In this document: piece after piece, positions 12,728 through 25,600 of the stretch
How positions within the stretch are numbered: the first letter of the stretch is position 1
Layout of the letters: each line of letters starts with the position of its first letter
Origin: Phoronis australis
Lineage: Eukaryota; Animalia; Phoronida
Direction of reading: 5' to 3'
Assembly: GCA_002633005.1 (NCBI GenBank)
Contig: NMRA01000465.1
Span: forward strand, 79,941 to 143,940
DNA length: 64,000 nucleotides
Notes under the pieces: generated by a model
The model's database searches: none
Told to the model about the DNA's origin: nothing
Seen by the model: only the letters and a program-made list of their open reading frames with translations
Program-made: the position numbers and the translations under genes

Positions 12728-13786
12728 ACCATTGCGTCACCGTACGAGAAGATTTGGAAACTGACACATATTTATTTTGATCATTTTTAGGTCATGAAAA
12801 CATAGCAAAACTATGTTGCAGTGATGTTATTCATTTAAATTCTCATTTAGGGAATAGTGTTAGCATTTGGATAACCATGCACCTAACAATGTTGGCTGAC
12901 CAATCAAACAACTGTATTGTAAAATTCAGAGACTGTTAGGAAAACCAGTATATATAGTATATTCTTGGAAGCATCCTCCATTTTAAAGGAAAATATTTAC
13001 AAATTTGTTACATGGATTTGATATTGTTTTATTAAAATTATTTATTTTATCCATGGAGTTTCTTAAAGAGTCACTCGAGTCTGAGAGCTGCGTATCGCTA
13101 CGTTATTCAACGTGTATACCATACAGTCGCCTGCTTTGCGAAAATTATACAACTATTAACTTTCGAGGTTAAAATTTTGGCTTTCAGACCCCAAAAATGT
13201 GTGATCTAAAAACCTGCGAATTGACAGTGTATGAAAGTTAATTATTGTATTGTTATATGATTATATATGGTCTTTCGATCGTCTAGGTCCATCAACCGTT
13301 TGGTTGACCAAAACGATAGGGACAGGAGACGCTGGAGATGGGCAGCGGAACTGTCGAATGTATTTAGGTCAGATAACATGTTTTTCGGACATTTAACAAT
13401 CGGCAAACGTCATGTGTTCCGTTGTTGTTTCTTTAGAGTAATGTTTAGTACAAACAAAGTATGTTTAGAACCGTTGTCGCCGGAAATTTCTTCCGAACAA
13501 ATTATATTCGTATTGTTTTGGTTTATTGTGCACCAAATGGCCCGAAACAGTGTCAAACGGTCCAGAACCATTTGCAGGCGATTCAGAAATCCAACTTGAG
13601 TACTATACTGCCGCTACAAAGCTGATAGAGGTAACGAAAAGTCATCTAGATAGTGTTACAATAATTACTTCGAAAAGTTTACAATTTCTTAAAAACACAT
13701 TGACATGACCATGCACCACCTTAGCTCCAATGCGATACCAAAATCGTGCGTACGACCAACAATAACAATGTATACTTTAACGCTAC

Positions 13787-14290
13787 GCTCGCTGGTTCCC
13801 TACGTGCCTAGCCAGCACCGTAGGTATCACGCAGTGGCACGCGCCGCGTAGCATTGGTTGATGTAACCTCAGCAGTCATTGGTTAGCTTTACAACACCGT
13901 GAAAAAATGGAGGACTGTGAGCGATTTTTAGCCTTGTCATGCAAGTGGCCTTCCAGCAACTATTTCGTTTCTGCAGTGATGTTTAATAGCGGCGTACTTG
14001 AAGCAAATACATGTAAAATAAACACATATCTGGCAGGTGTGTTATTCATACTGTATGAATACAGCCAGTATCGTAAACAAAAGTCATCGACATTAGAAAG
14101 ATGCACTCCGAAAAGGCGCAACCACAATTTAGGATTCACATTTCTTGAACATGAATTTTAAGCACCGACTTGTTTGTACTACTGACCACATTTACAATTC
14201 AGTCCATCAGCCATGCCAGTTTGTTTGCGTAAAGCGTAACCTGTTGAGAATTCGACTAGCCAATCAGAAACGCCGGTGTAAAAAAAATTC
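13787..14290. mobile_element. Truncated copy of the non-autonomous element at 23178-23724
   Basis: Colinear similarity over about 500 bp (CTCGCTGGTTCCCT...GTCATTGGTT...GAGAATTCGACTAGCCAA). The right TIR is not seen. Confidence 0.75.
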
Positions 14291-14758
14291 CCGACCAAGG
14301 CATGTTCATTACTGCACACACACACGGAATTCCTCGTGTCGTTCATCATGTTTCCACTGGGCCACTAAGTTTCAGTATAGATGGCGCTATTTCAGAGGGT
14401 AACTAAAGACCTACCAACGTTACAAATACCGTTCAGGCAAAATGTAATCTCCTCTCCTCTTCAGTGAATGGCAGATTCAAGCTTTTTGGGAGAGTGTGAG
14501 GAACCGACGAATACGGAATTTCTTCAGTACATGTAGATACGCCTTGAAAAAACAAACTGTTAACTAAAACAGCTGACCTCAACGTTACACGGAGTATAAC
14601 CCGGTGCACTATGGGGGCTGGGGGCATCCCCCTCGCTTTTTGTAGACCATGTCGATGGCGGTGCACCACAGGGGGGGGGCTGGGAGGATATAGCCCCGAC
14701 TTTTTAAGGGCTGAAATTATGTGTATAAATATCTTTTTCAGTGAGGCGTGGAATATGA

Positions 14759-15028
14759 TGCAAGTAGCTTATCCCGTTCAATCCGCCATCTTTTTGATCA
14801 CATCACGTGACCTAATGATGATGAATATGAGTCCCATCATGGGTAAGATGCCCACTACTAAGTCTGATTGGATTTGTGTGTTTGACAAGTGGTCCCGATG
14901 GCTCAGTTGCTAGAGCAGAAGGTCCTGGGTTCGAGTCCCGGTCGGGAGAAATCTTTTCGGCCTTATATTCATTAGGTCACGTGATGTGATCAAAAAGATG
15001 GCGGATTGAACGGGATAAATTACTTGCA
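14759..15028. mobile_element. Foldback element with 60-bp arms enclosing a tRNA-like Pol III head
   Basis: Arms 14759-14818 and 14969-15028 are reverse complements with 2 mismatches. The loop contains TGGCTCAGTTGC (A-box-like) and GGTTCGAGTCC (B box) with the anticodon arm missing. Confidence 0.7.
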
Positions 15029-16208
15029 ACTGCTGAAATTATGTCCATTCACGTTAACGTACTCTCTCCCTAAGTTTAGTAGAACAGGGCCATTGGTAGC
15101 CGCTCGTGGAACTATTTCCGTAACAACGGTAGCACACTCATAACTCGCTAGTTCAGACCATGTTCTTACGTGACAATTTGTTTTTTAACCACCAGACTTG
15201 AGCCAGAGCAGATTCGCGTTTAGGTAAGTCTTATGGGAAGTCATTTGGCTACGTACTATAATGATCGAATGTGTAAAAAGCGCAGATATACATCTATTGC
15301 CACAGGTCGTAGGTCGAGGGGGCTGTTGCTCGTGGGGGTTGTGGGTCGAGAGTGTCGTGCTGGTCGCGGGGTCTGAGGGTAGAGGAGGTTTTAGACTCGT
15401 GTCTCGCGTTTTGGTTTAACGCTTCAACTTCGTGTTTAAGGTTTGTGCTTCATATTTAAGTTTAGTGCTTGATATTGCACAGTCAACGTGGAATCCTGAA
15501 CAAAAATTTTTTGTTTGTTTGTGACGTCACAATACAGCACGCGCCACGTAATGTGAAAGTGACATTTGAAATCCAGGACCTGCATGGACTATTTTTGTAA
15601 ACGTGAGGTGAAGAAAGTGTCAGAACGAAAACGAAGCTGATTTAGCGGGTTTACCGTAAGTAAATATGAGCCAGTCAGAACAGTTTTCACTTGCTTGGTA
15701 ACTGACACGTCGGATTTCTAAATTTCAAAGGCAAGTACTCCTAAAGTTTCTCAAAATTCGACTTCAAGTACCAATCAATACCCATATCCTGTGCATGCAA
15801 TAGTTGCTGATCTCGCTCCATTTCTTCCAAAAATCGCTATATCGTTACTAGTTTAAGGTTTCTGAACAAGTCCTACAAAACCGTCAAAAATGTTGCGTGA
15901 ACAGCGACTGATTGAAGTTTTGATGCGTTTGTTTGTAACTACAACGATAAATATTTCACAATAATCTTCTGAACCCGACATAGCGCTTGCACATGGTCCA
16001 ACAGTGCTCAGGGATGTGTTTTTCTAAACTCACAAGACAAAACAGCGATTGTTTACGCTTCGCAAGTTCAGTTCGCATTTTGATAGTTAGAAATAAGGAG
16101 TATGTTTCGCGACAAGTAAAACTGCGAAAAAAGCGTACTACATTAGGCAAAAAATAAGTAGAGTGGGAGCATTGACGGCCTTTAAGAAAAGATGCAAACA
16201 TTATAAAT

Positions 16209-16446
16209 CATGGGCCCGTTCCAACAACTTGACTTAGCTAAGACCAATCTTAAATGCGAATAAATTTTAAGATAAGACTTAAAATTGTCTCGAGACCGTT
16301 TCAAGAATGAGATCTTAAGTCTGAATTAAGTTTTTGATAAAAGTTTTGTCTTTATCTTATCGGATGTGGAAGTTTCAAAGTATGGATGCAAATCTTAGAC
16401 TTAAGTCAAAAATGAACTTAAGTCAGTTTCTTGGAGCAGTCCCCAT
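16209..16446. mobile_element. Degenerate MITE
   Basis: Imperfect inverted ends ATGGGCCCGTTCCAACAACTTGACTTA ... TAAGTCAGTTTCTTGGAGCAGTCCCCAT. Confidence 0.45.
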
Positions 16447-16673
16447 AACTTCTAAGTTTCCAGATGCTGTATTTTACAAAACAATTCTTTGTCTATAGTT
16501 TCTAATTTATCTGGATGAATGATAATGACTTATTAACACAGGTGCTTCCAATTATCTCTGTGATTCTTTTGATGGTGTTTTTTAAAAGCACAAGGAAGTG
16601 GAAAACACGCTCTTATATAGCCTGAATTTTCAATTTTAGGAATGAGTTGCACATGGGTTTGTTATTTCTACAG

Positions 16674-19600
16674 ATGAAGATACTCCAAGTGGCCATTCTA
16701 GCCATTACATGTTATCAGGTGCGTGAGTTTTCTCATAATACAAAGAGACTGACAGTGTATTTCTCACCTAAGGCGCAAACGAAGAGCCAGTTACCGTTGA
16801 CGGCATTAAGCTAAGGAATAGTTCGATGCTTGAATATCCGCAAAGGAAAGTTGTCAATGAATTATGCCAAGAGGAATAGTCCATTAAGTCCTTGACTAAT
16901 TTCACGACTAGGTATGGGGTGTGTACGTAGTTCACTAACACTTATGGCAGGGGGCTGAGCGCGTAACTCTTCGTCTGCGCCATGTCTTAGCAGTTAACAT
17001 GACTGCAGGTTGCAACTATATTCGTGTTGCCGACAAACTCAGGCTACTGAGGTAACAATATGAAGGCAGCTCGTTGACTTAAAGGACATTTAACCTCGTT
17101 TTAGACTATTAACAAACATTAGCTACGACTATAATCATTCAAATACTTAGAAACAAAAACAGGATTTGAATATCATTTGTGGCAAACACATGGGAAACAA
17201 AAAAATATAACTCACGTGATCGGTCTTAGATTGCAACGTTTCCGTTACCTTCATATCGTCTAAGATCAGTACAACGAATGTCCGACATTGTTTTACGAGG
17301 TGACTATTAGTTCGCAATGCTCTAAAACTGCATAGTCAAGAGCTTGTGAGTTTCGTGTGCATATTTGCTCGACCTCGTGATACGAACCGCTGAAGTTTCA
17401 AACTTGTCGTTCGCATTTCAAAAAATCTCAACGAATATATCATTTTGAGAGATGGGAGTCACAAACTATGGAATCAAAACTAGAAAAATAAGAAAAATCA
17501 AAACTTTTCAACTGACCTAACGTAAAGAGAGATTATTTTCCCATCTCGGCATCTTCCAACGTTTGGCGTTCGCCTGGTTTTGCACAGTAACGTATATACC
17601 CCATGTCGTAACCACAGTTTTCGCAGGAAAAATTTCGCGGATTCCTCTAAACATATGCCGGCACCGTTTTTTGGTCGTGTCTGAATGATAATAAAAAGTA
17701 CGAACGGACTTCGCCGGAATTCAGGAAAAGCACGTAAACGCACAATTTTTTGCTTCACCGTACATCGCAATAACCTAAGATAATGTTTTGGTATGCAAAT
17801 TTTAGGTTAGCTTTGTGTCGACCAATACATTGTATATTACTCCGGTATGTTTTTGTTTTTTCATGGCTACTACCCAAACGTTTATTAATTGAAATTCCCT
17901 ATTGTTTTAGGTTGCGCTTCCGTTAGAAGAAGGTAAGGTGATGTAATGATTGCTCTGTTTCAAGTTCGTCACATTGTGAAACATGAGTATTAATCTTCAC
18001 GTGCAGTCTTGTGCTGACCACTGGCAGCTAAGGTCGCACTTCACTGCTAGTCAGTCGCACGATACAATGAGCAAAGAAATTTCTAGGCTGATGGAATGTG
18101 AGCGCGCACGGTGTCATTTCTCCCATAATTCCGTGTCGCCGGCATATCACATCTGACAGTTGCTACTTTGCTTTGCATTGGCGGCTAACTCCCGATTATG
18201 GAAGTTACATGACAAACTCGCGAGAGCCGTAGGCCACTGGAGGCTTATAAAACCACTTCGGTGACCATTTGATATTCCCCGCGCGTCTAGAGCCAGTCCT
18301 GTGTTCTAGCGTCAAGATGATGCTTCCCAAGCTTATTACCCGCAATACTCGATTGCTCTATTTCTGCGTTATATCATTTGTATAGTATATGCACGAGCCC
18401 TCATGCGCTATAATGGTAACGAAAATAACGACGATACTTTTCAGAAAAACCATATGAGTTTCCACGTTCGTGCTTGCGCTAGACACTGCGTGACGAGTGC
18501 ATGTTGATGCTTAGAATTTAGCAATATTGTCAATAATAACCATTAGGTAGATTACAGACAACAAATTCGCAACTCCGACATTTTCTTGCGCACTATCCTA
18601 GAGGAGGTGTCACTCTCCAAAATTATCAATTTCAGTTTCCGGTTAGTGTATTGTGACGGGAAATTCTCGCATCTACTTAACTGTCCAGTACAACGAAAAA
18701 ATAATTGGGGATTGAAACGCTGTTCAAAAATCTCTTCCAATTATAGAACTGTTGGTATCGTGAGTACAATGTACTTTTGGAACCCGACCACACAACATCT
18801 GACCATGATATGCAGACGATGTACTTGCCGGAAGTAAAACTTGCTAAGTTTGTCATGTGTTGCTAGTGAATAATGACGTCATGGCTTATGTGTAAGAACA
18901 CATATTTCGTCAACTGAAAATATATGGAGTTGGCCATCCACGTAATATAGTCTATGATGTATAAAACACCTAGGCTAATAACTGATGACAGATAATTTTA
19001 CAATGTTTCTTTCTTGACACATTTCATTCTCGTCTTCTTGAAGGCAGCGGACTCATTTCTAGTACACATGCTACCGTAAAGGGTCCCGTCGTGAATAAAC
19101 GAACTTTTGAGGGGTACGTCCTCGTATTTGTAAAACAAGAAAACTTATAAAAATGGTCATAATACAATTTTGTTGGTGAACATAAGAGTTTTGCTTCATG
19201 GTTTATCTTCGACCATTGAATTAGATGAGCATAAAACGTCTGACCATCTTGTAATTCCAAATTGCAATTGAAGTACAGGAGTTGGCATCGAACAAGAGAG
19301 GCATCAGAAAAAGGGAACATCGGACTCCGAACGATAGAGCCGGGTTAACGTCGGGACGGAGAAACATTGGTAGCCGGCCACTAGGGAACATTAGGACATA
19401 TTTTGGAGAAGAATGGGGGAGGAGAAAACAGCGACCGAGAAATTCTGGCAAGGACCCGAGAATAGAGCAAGCGTTTTTTCATAAAACAGAAAAAGGCACC
19501 GTTGTCTTCAAAACTGAACATTAAATGAAATTTTCTTGTTTTAATGAAAATATTCTGTCGAATTTGACCATTTCAAATTTTAAGAAAGTTACTGAATCAT

Positions 19601-22600
19601 TTTGGTTACAGGAGTTAAAAATATTCCATCCACACCCATGAAACTCTTTGAACACTTAAAAGGTTCCTGCACGTAGAATGGACTATGACGACGATGATGA
19701 TGAAACTGAGGCGGAAAGTCATAGGTGTAAACTAAGGATTAGAATCAACTAAGAACAATATGATTAACACAATTCAGTAAAGACTAGTTGAAAATAAAAA
19801 GTTTAACGCCGACTTAAGTCACAAAATTAATGTTGTGTTAAAACTGCCAGTAATACAGATATCGTATAAGTAAGAAGTAATTAGTTTTTTTTGCTCGCCA
19901 TATATTGGTCACATCACGTGACCTACATGTAAAGTTAAGTCTGAAAAGATCTCTTCCCCGACCGGGCCTCGAACGCGGGACCTCTGCACGGTTAGCAGGA
20001 GGTCCCAGGTTGTAGACCCGGTAGGGACACCGATCTTTTCAGACTCCACTCTAAACTTAGGTCACGTGACCAATATGTTGCGTGTAAAAGACTATAATTC
20101 TTACTTCCACTTGAGTTAAGCGTTTAGAAATATTCACTGATGCTTGTTTTGTTCATAACATAAATCAACAGAAACAAAAACAAAAAAATTTCAAGATTTC
20201 CGTTATATAAACTTATTTTTTTCCTCGTTCATTGTGTTAATGCATAGCAGCTTGACATGAATATTGCCAAAAGATGGCAACATGTAGCACTTGCCAAATT
20301 GCTCACCCTACCTTAGATATAAGACTATAAGAAGTTGTGACAGTGAAGACTAAGAGAACAGAACAGATCATGTTATTACTCCATAAGAACTGAAACACAC
20401 CTCTGACGTTCTTCATCATTTGCGTGCATTATGCGCGCACCCAATTGGCAAAGTGGGCAAAAAGGTCTGCCCCCGAGAGACAAACAATCCGAGAAAATGG
20501 GACAAAAGCCCACTAAATAAGGACAAACGCGCAATTCACAGGGTGCTCCCGTTTTTTTTTTTTTTTTNNNNNNNGAAAATGTATGGAGCCTTGATGGAAC
20601 TTACAACAGGCTGCCTTGTTGAAATACTTCTTTCTCAAATTGCTGGGCTTGTGATTTGCTAGAAAAGGAATACACGGCGCCAGGAGGGCATTAGTTGATT
20701 TTTACAAAAAATAAACAACTAAACATTGGGACATTTCAAATGAGGATATGTCCAACCACACAGGAAAAATGAAGTATCCACGTTTTACATGATCACGGAA
20801 TAGACAGACTATCATGCTTTTCTTTGGTTTGCCTATTCGGTCCAAGGGATCCTTGTGTGAAATCATGCACTGAACGCTACCTGCACTGGATAAAATCTGG
20901 CAGTTCAGTCCCGTCATCGAAAACACGTAATTATTGATTCATTTTTGAAGAATACGCGAGCAGCGTGTGTGATGGTCATAAAGTAGTCACTTTTAATCCA
21001 GGTGTTGTTTAATATGCAGGTGAATATTTTTGTGGAGAGACGACTACGGTACTCAAAGTGCAATGGCAACCGTCTGACCCTGCAAAGGCCAAGGCTTATG
21101 TTCGTTACCATTCTCAGGATCAGTCGTGTACCAAGACATTAAATGGCCCTGGTGAAACCATTACTGTGGAATATGGGAAATGTGGAATAGATGTTAGTAA
21201 GACAGTTGTGTACTGTTATAATGTTATGTTATTTAACGTTATACTATCTTAGATTGCGTCAGAGCTTGCTTGGTGTTCATGGGCAGCGCAGCACTGAAAA
21301 AATTAGAGCTATAGCCCCCCAACCTCCCTGCTATGCACCGCCAATAGACCATGAGGGACGAAGCACTGAAAAAATGGGGGCTATATAGCCCCCAGCCCCC
21401 TGTGGTGCGCCCAGCCTCCCTGCAGTGCGCCGCCCACGTGTTTCCAGCACCAACAATATTTTGTCGTTTTTGATATCTTGCCTTTGATTTTAAAAACATG
21501 TATCCTCATTTTATTATGCAAGCCGCACCAAAGGTTTCGTCTTAATCGATTCATAGAAACGTTGTCAAGCAAAACTAGCGACAGATTCACAGTGGACAAA
21601 ACCACAGAACTCTAGCTTGAGTTCTATATCAAAACACAACGAACAGACTACAGATAGCGTTATGGCTGCGGTTCATGGCCTTTCCGTTAAGACTTTCGCC
21701 ACAACAGTCCGCTTTTAACTATATGATTTCCCCAAAATTTACATTAAAGTTCGGATCGCAACGACAGTTTTCTTTTAATGCTGCCATTACAACTGGTTAT
21801 TCCTCCTCATCTAGGTTAATGTAGTGACAAAACAGACTTCAGCCAATTTGAAGCTGTAGTGGCTGACCATTTTGTCAGTGATGAGGATTCATTGAGGAGA
21901 CAAATCCGCAATATTCACAAACTGATGATGACATAAATTCATGATCAAGCACATGTTTCGCCATTCACGTGCTGTCAGATAATTGATGGATGGAATAGAC
22001 TTCGTGAAGTTCTTAGCTTTGACCAGGGCTGTAAAACAATAAGTTTTGTTTTTTCTTTCAAAGTTATATTTTCACTGCAACCTGATAAACGGCTAGCCTT
22101 GTAAATTTTTTTCAAAAACCATGTTGACGCTGCAGCTTGTAAACTGTGCTCGTTGAAAACGACTGGTTGTATGAAATTTGTTGATCAACAGTGTTGCAGA
22201 TAAAGTGTATACCTTGCTTTATTTGCGGCCTGTTTGAGCTTTCGGACTAAGCAGACACCCAGTTGGCCATCACGGCGGTTGCTCTGTTTTGTAGCTTGTA
22301 TTTCCATGGTAATGTGTGATATTGCAGAGTAGTCAGTAAGGGTGTTATAGTAATCCTTGTGAGGTAAGTAAATTGTCTTTTCCATTGTTTTGCAGAGTGT
22401 GGTGCCTAACCAAAATAATCAAAGCATTGACGTCATGGTCGTAACAACTGTGTTGAGCAGTGGCGTCCTCAGTAGTTCCGCAGACAAAATATACCAGTAT
22501 CAGTGTCAGTTCAAACAGGGAAAGCCTTACGCGGACGTGTCAAAATCTACCGTCATCAACCCGCGGTACGTAGCCTACAGCAAACAATCAGCATCAAACA

Positions 22601-25600
22601 ACCTTTTCTGATGAGTTCACAAACACGTGTGTGTGTCACAAACACGTGTGTTTGTNTGCATGGGTAGAACCTGGTCCCGTGACCATTAGCATACATCGGC
22701 CGAAATATCCGGTCAACAGCAAATCCGCGAGCCGTAGCCGTGAGATTACGACGCCCAGTAGGCTCAAGGTATGCAACTAAAGGCCGATTTGGCTGATAGC
22801 ATAGCCGACTCTCTCGAAGCGTCATCCAAAGTGTTTCAACTACGAAGCTTTACTCAGTCTCTCTAAGCAATTTCTCATGCTCAAGTTAAATACTCAAATT
22901 AGTTCTTCGAGTTTCTAAGGAGTACTCGGAAAAGCGTGACCAGCAATAATTACCGAGAAGGACCGCGTGCACACTAGGCAAAGTTACTGGAACAATCCCG
23001 AAATCCCACTTACCTACTTCAAACAGTACTCAATAGCCGGTAAATTTATTTGGAGACAGAAATATTGAATTCTATATCATAATTCAACATTACAACCTTC
23101 CCAACCGACCACCTCTGTAACCACCATTTCGCTAGAGTAAGCTAGTAGTACGCACTCGTGCATAACTCGGGAAACACCTCGCTGGTTCCCTGCGTGCTTA
23201 GCCCAGCCAGCACCCAAGTATCGTGCAGTCATTGGTTGAGCTTTACAACACCGTAAAAATGGCGGACTGTGAACGATTTTTAGCCTTGTCATGCAAGTGG
23301 CATCGCAGTTACTATTTCGATTCTGCAGTGATGCTTAATAGCCACGTGCTTGAAGCACATACATGTACAAAATATCTGGCCGATTTAACCGATGTGTTAT
23401 GCATACTGTATGAATACTGGACACTATCGTAAACAAAAGTCATCGACAGCAGAAAGATGCATTCCGAAAAGGCGCAATCACAATTTCTAGGCTTCTCATT
23501 TCCTGAACGCATAAATTTTAAGCACCGATTTGTCTGCTTAGTGTGCAACAGACCATATTTGCACTTCAGTCCACCAGTCATACAAGTTTGTTTGCGTAAT
23601 GCGCTGCCTGTTGAGAATTCGACTAGCCAAGGAGAAACGCCGGTAATTCCCGAGGAAAATTAAGTGATACCTGCGTGCTGACGCGGCTATCGCCTCACCT
23701 AGCGGCACGCAGGGAACCAGCGAGGGGAAACACCTGCCATTCGCGTTATCTTGCGTGGTTTGTTTTTTCGCAAGATTCGCACTTTCGTATAAACGTGAGG
23801 TTTCACGAAGCACTTCAATTTTATTTTTTTCTTGCTTTATCGCATCAAAATGTTCCATAGAAATCAAGTATAGTTCTCTGGTCACAGTAAGTCTTAAAAA
23901 GGCTTGTAAAGCTTGATGCGGTTACCATTAATCGAGTGACTATATTGTGGAGTAAGTCTAATGAGGAATTTAAATGCGCAGTGAACCAGTGTCTCATGTC
24001 AAGACAGGAATATTTGATTTGGACCACGTATCGTTATACGTATTTGAAACAGCTTTCTAAACAGGCTCACCAGGTTCCGTATCACGGCGGTGGAGCACTG
24101 CATTCAGATTTGTGAGGCCCTCAGACACATTCACTTCCTTTCCATGATGTCCACAAAACAAATTCACCCACATTTCACGAGGTCCTCAAACATGTTTACT
24201 CCGTTTTCATAAGGGTCTGAATCATGCCCATTCCTTTCGCACACTTAAGAACTGTCACATTGGTATTCACTGAATTCAAGTACCGACCCATGTTGAAGTT
24301 CTCTTGACGAAAACTTGTATCATGATTGCAGGACCGTTCTCACAAGCGGGACTGCCGGCAATGTTCAGGTGGTTCTCGACATACTTGACGAAAAGTTGGT
24401 GGTGGTAACAGACGTCAATGCAGGCTCTTTGGTGATAGCGCAGATGAAATTTAACGACAGTAAGTGTGTTTAACAAAAGGAAAGTTAATTCATTGATTGA
24501 TATTTGTGCAACGATACTGTAATCCATTGATTCATTTGACTCACTGATGACGTTACTGACCAAAACTACTGTTCACGTGCACGGTCCCAACAGCATTGAT
24601 CAGAGCCTTTCTTTAGAAGGGTTGTCGGTGGATATCAGTTGGAATTAAATGAATGACAACGATCCCCACTTACGGGGCTTAACTAAGATAAGGTCCTCTA
24701 TGTGAAATGCCAGCAACTAAAGATCAGGCAGCTTGTAAAGTGCAACGGAACTGGGGTGAACTCGTCTCATTGTTTCAGTGTAGGCCTAAACACTGTTCCC
24801 AGCCAGAATGCGCCTTTTTGTGTCAAGATGTCATTGTCTGTTTCAGTTAGCATGGGCTAGCGTTGTTGTTTTTGACAAGGTGTGTTTCAAGTCGTCAAAG
24901 ACTCTTGGTTCATCTCCTTCCCGTTTCCGTTTGGTGGGTGAGAAGCCTTAAAGATCGGGTGGTATGCTAAATGACATACGGCTTAAGGCCCCGCTCAAAA
25001 AGGGACTATTCAAATGTTGTTTCGGGTGATCCATTTATCCAAAAAGCTGCAGGAACTCACAGACTTTCTCGTCCTCTCAAAGTTCGTGGTCATCGGAGGG
25101 CGAGGGACAGCTGCAAAACTGTGGCCACCAAGGGGAATGAAATTGTAATGACTAAGGCCCAGAGACGATTCGAAGCATGCAACACTGTGGTTTTGAAACC
25201 TTAACCCGCCACTGAATGCAAATGTTTTTTCCAGCTCAGTCTCTTCGAATCAGGTGAAAGTCAATATGCGGTGGTCGTACTTCCATTGAAAGGCGTGCTT
25301 TTGTGCGAAACTCCAACTCAGTTAGGTTTATTCGGATGTGTCGGATGTGTTTCTCTGCGTTGGAGTCGAATTAGGTCTTTGCCATGTTAGTCAAAGTTCT
25401 CGTAACCGACATAGATTGTATCATCGCTGGTGCTTCTTTTTGGAGATATTGGCTACGGTCTCGTAAGTGATCTTTTGGGAAACTGCTATTGCGGAGCAAG
25501 ATGGTCTAGAGTTGCTTGAATCTCCAGTGGAGTAGGAAAAAGTTGTGAGGTGTCTAGAATCAGGGTATGCAGGCTGTGGTGTCCTTGGCAAATGTCACTT

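Noticed and set aside
13907-14161. ORF MEDCERFLALSCKW... with an apparent paralogue at 23223-23432
   Set aside because: Both lie inside copies of the same non-autonomous transposon and the frames diverge. There is no evidence of a protein.
14891-14947. Possible tRNA gene
   Set aside because: It has A- and B-box-like motifs but no anticodon arm and sits inside a foldback repeat, so it is treated as a tRNA-derived repeat.
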